Positions 25,295 to 64,000 of a stretch of DNA of 64,000 nt are shown in pieces (position 1 is the first letter of the stretch; the number at the start of each line of letters is the position of its first letter). Origin of the DNA: Squalus acanthias (lineage: Eukaryota); contig JASTWF010000332.1 of the NCBI GenBank assembly GCA_030390025.1, forward strand, positions 372,001 to 436,000, read 5' to 3'. The notes under the pieces were generated by a model that saw only the letters and a list, made by a program, of their open reading frames with translations, made no database searches and had not been told where the DNA came from. The position numbers and the translations under genes are program-made.

Positions 25295-26700
25295 ATTGGC
25301 ATCTTGATGTATCCTGCTGTTCTTTCAAGTAATGCTTCTGTAACACTCCGTAAAGATATTTGTGCTGCAGTTCGGGACACATTGCTAATATCTGCACTTG
25401 CAGCCTGAAAGGATCCAAATACACTGACGTTTAGGGCTATTGTGACCTTCATTTCAATTGAGAGCACAGTTGGGTTTTCTGAAATAAGCCTCAGGTCCAT
25501 GTCAAGTATTCTACACGTCTCCTTAATGGCTTCCTTCAGGAACTTCAGACTCTTCAGGCATTGCTCATGTGAGACTTTCAAAACGACTTTATGTCTTCCT
25601 ACCTCCAGAGGGGTATAGGTGAGTGAGATGTAATTACCTCCTGTGCAATTGCACCCTTACGCCCTCCCTCTGATTCAATTCCTCCACGGCAGTCAGGAAT
25701 AATAAGATTCCCAAGAGGAAGTCATAAATAGTTGACTGGCTTTCAGACAATTTTGGTGATGGTGAGGAGGATGGGATAAGAACTTGGTGGGAGAGTCAGG
25801 AGAAATGATGAATGATCCTTTACAGTTGCTATATTAACACTGCATCCTCCAGGTAACAGAGGTGGACTCAATAATAGTGAAATGAAGCATAAGTGACAAC
25901 AATAGAGATACTCACAAACAATAACACAGTTTCAGGTCTCAGTATAAACATCCACCACTCATCGAATCCAGGCAATGATGAATGCCTATTTTATACAGGC
26001 AAGCACTCCATTTGGCATCCAACAGGACAGTGGGGTGGGGTGGGGTGTCACAGCACGTGGTGTCATAACGATTCAGGGACCTCGGAGTAGATGGACGTTC
26101 CTCTGGCACGGTTGAAAAACTGCACTGTTGCATTTCCAGACATCTTCAGTGCTGCACGACTCCGCCTTCATTTGCGCTCCTCCCTCGGATGTGAGAAGAA
26201 CCAAAAGACCAGCCAAACCCAGTCAAAAATTCAAGACTGGGTTCAATAGAGCTCCTCTCCTGACTTAACTGATGGTCCAGTCCTTTCACGAGTTCCTCCT
26301 TTATGGCAACCTTTGCTCTGCCTTAAACTGGGAACATATCACAAAATAAACAAGCAATGCACAAATTCACTTGTCATGCAAGGCTTGCCATCTCTGTTAA
26401 ATATACCTATTTAGACCACATCCCTGTGAGTTGCAGCTAAGTAGTGACCTTAAAGTAACAGGCCAGATTAAACACAACTAAACATTACCAGTGTGCTTCG
26501 GGCTCCAGATTACCCATGAACAAAGCCACAGGAAATCGGACAGTCTCAGGAATTTGTAAATCATGCCTTGTTTTTGAGTGTATATGCCTATTTTATACAG
26601 GCAAGCACACCATTTGGCATCCAAAAGGACGGTGAGTTCAACAATTTCATATCATAACCGCTGCCCCCATTTTTTCGGACGGCAGCTGTTGGTGATTCTG

Positions 26701-27792
26701 CCATTTCTATTTACACCTCTGCTAGAGCCATCTTTTGTTTCTTAACTTGTCACATTACCATCTCCTTTTGCCTCACACCATCATCCCCTTTGTCATTTAA
26801 TCTCTCCTGCCTTCCACCCTATCACAGACCTTCCCTTTTGTTCTTTCCTCCCCTCCCCCCTTTCCCTGCCTCTGCAGTTGCTTAAAACCTGTTCTGTCTC
26901 TAACTTTTTTCAGTTCTAACGAAGGGTCATCAACCTGAAACAATGGCCCAAAAATTAGTGTCTCTACGCGAGAGTACGCACTGTGTACTCTCGCGTATTC
27001 TGTCTCCAATTGCCGGTTTTCTGCATGCACTGCGCATGCGCTGAAAACCGGCACTTGATTTCAAAAGGGGGCGGTTCCTAAGTGAACCGCGTGCGCGCTA
27101 CAGGCTGCGCGCACGCAGTGCACTTAGTGCTTTGAACGCGCAGGTAAGCATGGAAGATTTTGCACATAAAGAAAGGAGGCGTAAGACCCTCTTTTAACAA
27201 GGTAAGTAGTTAATTAAGTATTATTTTGAATTTTTTTCAACAGGTATATCTTTTTTAGAGACTTTAAAGAAAGGTAAGTTTATTTTTATAACTTTTTAAA
27301 AGATTTTAAATTTTTTCAAAAATTAAATTTTTTGTTTAAAGTGGTTAATTTATTTAACTATACTTATTTTATTAATGTGATGGTTTTAAAAAATGTTTTT
27401 ATTGAGGTTTAGCTGTTCTTTTGAGGGGGTATAGATTCATAGCTTTCACAGCACTTGCTGTGAAAACTATGAATGAAAGATGGTGTGCTGCCATTGGCTC
27501 TAACTGAATCACGTGATCCCACAGCTCGCACGAATTAACTGCGCCTGTGGGATACGGAAGCACTGCACAGCTGCTGTCTAGAAAATCAAGTTCGTGCGAG
27601 CTCGGAATGAAAAGGCAGGCGCGCAGTGAAATATCGCGGGGAAGCCTTACCCCCCCGCACGAAGGCTCCGTCATTAATTTCTGGGCCATTAACTCTGTTT
27701 CTCTCTCCACAGATGCCGCCTGACCTGCTGAGTATTTCCAGCATTTTCTGTTTTTATTTCAGAGTTCCAGCATCCACAGTATTTTGCTTTTG
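26701..27792 (+). mobile_element. Penelope-like repeat 3' region (family B) interrupted by a MITE
   Basis: Pyrimidine-rich stretch then CTAACGAAGGGTCATCAACCTGAAAC | TTAACTCTGTTTCTCTCTCCACAGATG; same family as 28668-28810 and 31040-31188. Confidence 0.65.
26945..27687. mobile_element. Non-autonomous Harbinger-like MITE (743 bp)
   Basis: TIR GGCCCAAAAATTA / TAATTTCTGGGCC; cleanly splits the host repeat. Confidence 0.8.
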
Positions 27793-28099
27793 CATAGGAT
27801 TTTATTTCAATTTTAAATAGTAAATACATAATAGTACAACATGTAATGTTTTCCTTTGCGGGAATCACTCTCCCAGTCGTTTTAGCACTTAATACCTGGG
27901 GTGAGGGATGGTGCAGGTTGTGGGATGCGATAGGACTAGTTCCTCGTATCAATAACCTCACTAAAATGCTTTTTGAAAGAAATCAGCAACTCGGAACTTA
28001 AAGCACTTTTTAGCATATTTCCACAGAAACGTTGTAATTACATTTTCTATAAATGGGTAAGATTTGCTTATTACAGAATGAAGAGGCAAACGCTTGAAT

Positions 28100-28407
28100 G
28101 ACGGGTAAGTGCCTGTAGCTCGCCCGCGTCCTGCTCTTGCTGCACGGGCGCGCGCCTCGCTGCACGCGCGTTCCAAGTTTCGCTGTGACTTTTCCCGGGC
28201 TCCGAACCCTCCTGTCAATCATCCCCGGGCTGGAGCTGTCAATCACAAGCCCTTTCCGCACGGGTCGCTGCTGCTGACGAGAGGGACAGAAAGGCGAAAC
28301 TGGGCTTTAAAGGGACCGCCACCTTCCTGCTCTGAAAAGACTGAAGGGTTTGTTTCCCACGAACGATTCAGTGCTGTCATTACTCCAGCTACTTGGTTTT
28401 GCTTTCG
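28100..28407 (+). promoter_or_regulatory. Putative promoter and non-coding first exon of the GCN2-like kinase gene
   Basis: Isolated CpG-rich non-TE stretch; two CTGTCAATCA (TGATTGACAG, PBX-PREP/MEIS decamer) at 28212-28221 and 28236-28245; ATG-free segment ending in CG|GTAATT donor at 28407/28408. Confidence 0.5.
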
Positions 28408-28667
28408 GTAATTATTATCCTCCAGAGACCTGGGTTGTAAAATAAATAATTTTTATCGGCGCCGGTCCACAGTAAGCTTGAGCTGGTAAAAGCCGCATCC
28501 TTTGTGTGGGCCTGGGGCGGATATGGTAGCAGCCAGGAAGCTCAGCGCATTGCTCCTACTGTAGAGCCATTACTCTTCAGAATAATCAGACAGGCCTTCT
28601 TCCAACTCAGTCTCATTTCTCAAATTCACCAGGAATTTGTAATACACAATGACTTTATTTCTGATAG

Positions 28668-28810
28668 TAAAAGCAGAAAATGTTGGCAAACACTCAGCAA
28701 GTCAGGCAGCATCTGTGGACCGAGAATCAGAGTTAACATTTCAGGTCGATGACCTAAAGCGTTCAGCATTTTCTGTTTTTCTTTCAGATTTCCAGCATCC
28801 GCAGTATCTT
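28668..28810. repeat. Rearranged inverted fragment of Penelope-like family B
   Basis: Antisense piece ending TTTCAGGTCGATGACCT followed by a sense piece CAGCATTTTCTGTTTTT. Confidence 0.6.
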
Positions 28811-28939
28811 GAACAACATCACAGAACTAATCAAATGAAGGGGTTGAGATAGACCAGAGCTTCTGAATGCCAAGATCAGCTAACTTGGCTGCTCCTTGCA
28901 CCTTCAGCATTTGCTTGAATCTTTATCTTTGAAATATTT

Positions 28940-30614
28940 ATCAGGGAGATAGAACAGGTGGCCATGACATTGGATCATGAGATTAGTAATGAATAAAAAG
29001 AGGAGGTATATTAAATAAACTAATCAAACTCAAAGAGGAAAAAAAAAACCCTAGTCTGGATGAGTTACATCCGCTCCGTTTAAAAGAATCTAGGGAAGAG
29101 ATAGAGGCATTACTACACATATTTAATAATTCATTAGAAAAAGGTGTAGTGCCAGAGGACTAGCGGATAGCTAACATAATACCTAGATTTAAGAAGGGAG
29201 ATAGAACATGTCCAGGGAACTATAGACCAGTCAGCTTAACATCGGTGGTAGGAAAAATAATGGAATCCCTACTAAAGGAGAAAATAGAAGAACATCTAAA
29301 AGCCAAAAATATAATAAGGAATAGTCAACATGGATTTCAAAAGGGAAAGTCTTGCTTGACCAACCTCATTGAATTTTTTGAAGAGGTAACAGAGAGAATA
29401 GACAAGGGTAATGCAGTAGATGTCATTTATCTAGATTTTCAAAAGGCCTTTGATAAGGTACCCTATAATAGACTAATGAATAAGGCCAGAGAATGCAGAG
29501 TCAGGGGACAAGTAGTAGAATGGATAGCTAGCTGGCTTCAAGACAGAAAGCAGAGAGTAGGGGTAAAGGGTAGCTATTCACAGTGGCAGAAGGTGGTGTT
29601 CCACAAGGATCAGTGCTAGGACCACTATTGTTCACAATGTATATTAACGATTTAGACTTTGGAATCAAAAAACACAATTTCTAAATTTGCAGATGACACC
29701 AAATTGGGGGGATAATTAATACTCAGGAGGACTGCAACAAATTACAGGAAGACATTAATAAACTTGTAGAATGGGCATATAATTGGCAAATGAAATTCAA
29801 CACAGGTAAATGTGAGGTATTACATTTTGGTAGGAAGAATAGGGAGGTCACTTATTACTTGGAGGGTGCGAGTCTGGGTGGGGTAGAGGAGCAAAGGGAT
29901 CTCGGAGTACAAATACACAAATCACTAAAAGTAGCGACACAGGTTAAAAAGGCCACAAAAAAAGCAAACCAAGCACTAGGGTTTATTTCTAGAGGGACAG
30001 AATTGAAAAGTAGGGGAGTTATGCTAAACCTGTATCGAACCTTGGTTGGACCACATTTAGAGTACTGCGTACAGTTCTGGTCGCCATATTATAAAAAGGA
30101 TATAGAGGCACTGGAGAGGGTGCAGAGAAGATTTACAAGGATGATAGCAGAAATGCGAGGGTATACCCATCAGGAAAGGATGAACAGGCTGGGTCTCTTT
30201 TCTCTTGAAAAAAGAAGGCTGAGGGGTGACCTAATTGAGGTCTTTAAAATTATGACAGGTTTTGATAGAGTAGATACAGAGAGAATGTTTTTACTTGTGG
30301 GGAAGAGCATAACTAGAGGCCATCAATATAAGATAGTCACCAAGAAATCCAATAGGGAATTCAGAAGAAACTTCTTTACCCAGAGAGTGGTGAAAATGTG
30401 GTACTTGCTACTACAGGGAGTGGTTGAAGTGATTGGTATGGATGCATTTAAGGGGAGGCTAGACAAGCATATGAGGGAGAAGAGAATAGAGGGTTAAACT
30501 GATAGATTTAGATGAGGAAAGACGGGAGGAAGCTCGAGTGGAGCATAAACGCCGGCATGGACTGGTTGGGCCGAATGGCCTGTTTCTGTGCCGTATATCC
30601 TATGTAATCCTATG
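28940..30614 (+). mobile_element. 5'-truncated CR1 LINE (RT), degenerate
   Basis: ORFs 29245-29619 (QHGF...[12 protein letters not shown]) and 29790-30497; FADD at about 29690; 3' UTR and tail. Confidence 0.93.
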
Positions 30615-31039
30615 AAATGTTCCTATTGTTGGAAAGTTAGGTAAAGAAAATAACTTATATTCCACACTTGTGTCTCCATCTGGAATCTGCCAAACGGCTG
30701 GACTGGAAACTTCAGTGAAGTGGCAACAAGAGTCCAGATGGTTCTGGGATTGCAGCCGACAGCTGTGAAATACATGTCTTTATCATTGTGCAATCAAATC
30801 ATAGATTATTCCTGATAGCTATGAGAGGGACAGCATACCAGAGGTCGTCAGTCTTTCGGAAATCCAAAAGAAAATTTAGTACCACTGATAGCGATTGGAG
30901 GTTTTTTTTGGTCAGCTGGGGGTGTGATGTGTCGGAAACCATCACTGTGTTTTAGAGCCTGAAGTGGTATGGAAAAGTTGCACCAATGCATCAGGGGTAC
31001 TGTTAAGGGGTTGGGGCAAAGGACCATTCTTAAGGCAGA

Positions 31040-31188
31040 AGAAAAATACTGCAGATGCTGGAAATCTGAAATTAAAAAAGAACAGAGAATGCTGGAAACA
31101 CTCAGCAGGTCAGGCTGCATCTGTGGGGAGAGAAACAGAGTTAATGTTTTAGAACGGTCTGATGAAAGGTCATCGACCTGAAATGTGA
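31040..31188. mobile_element. Penelope-like family B insertion with inverted structure
   Basis: 14-bp TSD ATTCTTAAGGCAGA at 31026-31039 and 31189-31202; CTGATGA-A-AGGTC-ATC-GACCT-GAAA motif. Confidence 0.72.
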
Positions 31189-32096
31189 ATTCTTAAGGCA
31201 GAGCTGAGGCAGCTTCACTTTTCAGCTGGCTACACTGTGCCTGACCTGGCAGTGCTCAGTACTGATATTGGGTCCTCCAATGGGAAGACCTCCCATACCT
31301 TGCTTCGATAAGTTATTGTTTTGCTTTCCCTGTGTACAACAGTGCCCCGCTGTATTGCACCCCCACAGTAAATATTGTTTCATCACAGGCAGCTGAATGT
31401 TATATTTTATTATGAAAACCTAGATGAAAGGACAAGGCCCATAGTGCAGAACACCACCAATTTTGGAAATTCAGGTTTAATGTCAGATCATACCAAGGCT
31501 AAAGATAAATTAAGGTTTCGTGCTCGGTGATACAAAGCTGATATTTTAAAATCTTCTGGATTGCAGGAAGACTGAAGGAGATAAGGAGTTCCACAATTTT
31601 GAGTATCTGGGAACGATTGACGAAAATAAAAGAAAGATGTGGTGAATCTTGATTTCAACACAGTGAAGATGCAGGGAGGAGGAAGTGTGTAGGATGGTGT
31701 ATTTGGAGAAAAAGTTCACTGAGGCAATAACCACTGTAGTATTGATAAAATAGAGAAAGGACAGAACGATTGTGACAGGGGGTGCAAAAGGCAGAAAAGA
31801 TTGGACTGGAGGCTCTCAGGATATCTCTGCTGTTCAGAATGTAATAACCATGAGAAATTATACAACTGAGTATAATTGTATAATTGCTAAACAAAAGGAA
31901 ACTGATATTTCTACTACTGAGAGCATTTCCTTGGCAAATCATCATATAAAACATTTTGAAGAAATCAATGCTCGTCATTTCTGATCTGGTGCAACAATGT
32001 TGCAGTTATCAGATGGTTAAATGAACATGCTTAATATACTGTGATCGTTACAGTTTTTGTCATTAAGAACTTCACATGTCCCTTATAAAGGTTCAC

Positions 32097-61942
<29,846 letters not shown>

Positions 61943-62108
61943 GTATGTACTTTCTAAGTGTACGCGCCATCTGCATTGTTCCATAGACGTGTTCCTTTGC
62001 AGATGTCACAATGGGGGCTGAAGTTGAAATCCTAGTCTTGATTGTCCTTTTAAAAAACTTCACTACTTCCCCTTGGTGAGTTCTGCAAGGTTTTGCTTGG
62101 GCGGGGGA

Positions 62109-62296
62109 GGGAGTAATTTTAACCTAACCCGTTCAGCAGAAACCTGACGGGATCGGATCGGCGGCCTGTTTTACAACTTGCCCGAAATTAAACTCCACCG
62201 ACTTCGTTGGCAAGTGTAATCGGACGGGTTGTTAAATGGACGGTTGATCTGAACCCCTCAGTATCCAGCTGGGCCTTTTGGCTTAAAATTACCCCC
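62109..62296. repeat. Short palindromic MITE-like element
   Basis: GTAATTTTAACC / GCTTAAAATTACCCCC termini. Confidence 0.65.
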
Positions 62297-62562
62297 GAGG
62301 TTTCTAAAACTGTACCAATCCTTTGATGACTACGGTTGAGACCCCATTATCTGTGCTCCAATTGGCCACCTTTCTCCATTACCCATCGGAATTTTCACCA
62401 GACAAAGACAGCGCCTCATTGCACTGCTCTCCAACAGTAATCTCCTCCTACCTCACATCTGTCAATCTTCACAGCCCAAAAAAAGATTAAATTCTGTTTG
62501 TCCAATTAGTGTTTCTCCATTCCCATGTCTCGGGTATTACTGCACCATGCAAGACTGGAATT

Positions 62563-62737
62563 GGGGGCGTAATTTTAACCTAACTGGCGCGGTGAGAAAC
62601 TGACGGGATCGGGTCAGGTTTTACATCCTGCCCTGTGTTACTCTTCATTGACTTTAATGGAGAGTAAAATCGGCCGGAGTGTGAAACCACCCAATCCTGT
62701 CCGTTTTCCATTGGGCAGATTAGGTTAAAATTACCCC
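62563..62737. repeat. Short palindromic MITE-like element (same family as 62109-62296)
   Basis: GTAATTTTAACCTAA / TTAGGTTAAAATTAC TIR; central imperfect palindrome TTACTCTTCATTGACTTTAATGGAGAGTAA. Confidence 0.72.
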
Positions 62738-62944
62738 TGTGGGTTGTCTTGATTATCCACCAATTTCAGTTATCCACCAAAGGGACCATCTCCAGTAAAG
62801 CAAATAATGGAGGTTCCACTATATACTTCTTTGACAGCAAAAGTTAGATTAACATTGGCTCCAATTGCTTGTGTATACACCTCCCTAAAGTGTATAATAG
62901 TACTGTACTAATTATAATACAATTAATATGCCAGCTGACTCATT

Positions 62945-63581
62945 GGCCCCGATTTTAAAGGGAGGGAGGGTATGGAGTGCGTGAGCCCCGAAGCAAATGG
63001 CTCACCCGGAGAGTCCGGCGATGTGGAGGTTCAGACAATCTTAACGGCCGGGGTCTCATTTCTGTAAATTTTCTTCGTGACCCACCCAAACCACAGGCGG
63101 GAGCGGGAATTCGGCGGCAGGAGGCCACAGCCGGGGACCCACAAGATCGATCCCCGGCAGTCAAGTAAGCGGGGGTGGGGGAGAGGAGAGGGGAGGGGTG
63201 GGGAGCCGGTGGCAAGGGAGGCTCACTCCTGCTCCTCCTGGCCCACAGGGAAACCTAAAATTAAATTTTAATTACTTACCTGCCTGGGCCTCTTCTGGCC
63301 AACCCCACCGACAGGTTTGGGTGCAGTCAGAGAGGGGAACTTTATTTGTAGGGCCTGGGGTGGCTGTTCCCCCACTCGGGCCTCCCAACTAAAATTGCAG
63401 ATTGGGTCCCGATTACATTATCTGCATATTTAAACAGGACCAGGCTGCCTTCCTGCGGGCGCCCCACTCGCCTGCTCAAAAGAGCAGGTTAGCATCGGGA
63501 CATGGCGGGGAGGCAGCGGGGCTGGAGGGGGTAAGTCGCTGCCCTCATTTTAACTGGCGGGGGGGAGTTAAAATCGGGGCC
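62945..63581. mobile_element. Harbinger-like MITE (637 bp)
   Basis: Perfect inverted termini GGCCCCGATTTTAA / TTAAAATCGGGGCC. Confidence 0.78.
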
Positions 63582-64000
63582 AATGCATCATTGAATGCTG
63601 ATGTAAATGCTGTGTAAGCAACAATGTACAACTGCACCAGTAAAGAAAGTAGACATACACAGAACTGTAGAACACTATCACTAGGATGTGACCTTAGCAA
63701 CTGGAGTATTGGTTTTAATGTTCATTATCCAGGGGCCTGCTCAACAATAACCAAATAAAGTTGCCCTCTCTGATCGCTACCCAAAAAAAAAGTGTCATTG
63801 GATTTTATTCTTATTGTTCACGGCTGAATCATGCTCAGGATACTAGAGTAGATTTTCTGTTCTGTATGACTGGGAGAAGTGACGTGGAATGGCCAATCGA
63901 GGTCAGCCAGTGTCTGGGCCAAGGAACTCTCAGTTCCTACCTGCTTATTTTGAGTACATGATAATAGACTTTAACTTTGGGTTTATGACCGATTGAATTG

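Larger units (their letters stand above)
23200..25600 (-). pseudogene. Degenerate PIF/Harbinger (HARBI1-like) DDE transposase split by an LTR
   Basis: ORF 25225-25581 (LSIEMKVTIALN...GSFQ...VTEAL...YIKMP) and ORF 23302-23538 (GWLLGDQGY...TRLLIEQTIGILKLCFRCLD); the frame rejoins (YIKMPMDLELQYERA...GFPRV) once the LTR is removed. Confidence 0.85.

Noticed and set aside
23200..25600. Domesticated HARBI1/NAIF1 host genes
   Set aside because: Frameshifts, stops and an LTR insertion indicate a decayed transposon.
61943..64000. Kinase subdomain IX exon (K.D..SLG)
   Set aside because: Not found after any plausible acceptor; presumed to lie beyond the window.

Overview
Eukaryotic, intron-rich DNA, most likely from a shark/elasmobranch (inferred from CR1 and L2 LINEs, Deu-domain/SacSINE1-like and HE1-like SINEs, Penelope-like repeats and GC-rich PIF/Harbinger-type MITEs). 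Two host genes point away from each other. (1) The first two coding exons and CpG-rich promoter of NOS1AP/CAPON (or a close paralog) lie on the minus strand at about 6.8-7.8 kb. (2) On the plus strand, eight coding exons (32.1-61.9 kb, 317 codons, continuing beyond the window) join with consistent splice phases into an eIF2-alpha kinase with intact catalytic motifs. It carries GCN2/EIF2AK4 signatures (AAAPPP...SVEW insert motif, GCN2-like exon junctions) but is strongly diverged and appears to start at the kinase domain, with no RWD or pseudokinase region. A young, nearly intact CR1 LINE has inserted 8-13 nt upstream of a 34-nt activation-loop exon of this kinase, so the LINE's (TTCTTATG)n tail now forms the splice-acceptor context. 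The rest is mostly nested transposable elements: a fossil two-gene Harbinger split by a solo LTR, palindromic Penelope-like insertions with hammerhead-ribozyme-like cores, and Tx1-like and I-group LINE fragments. All assignments are by eye; no database search was run.
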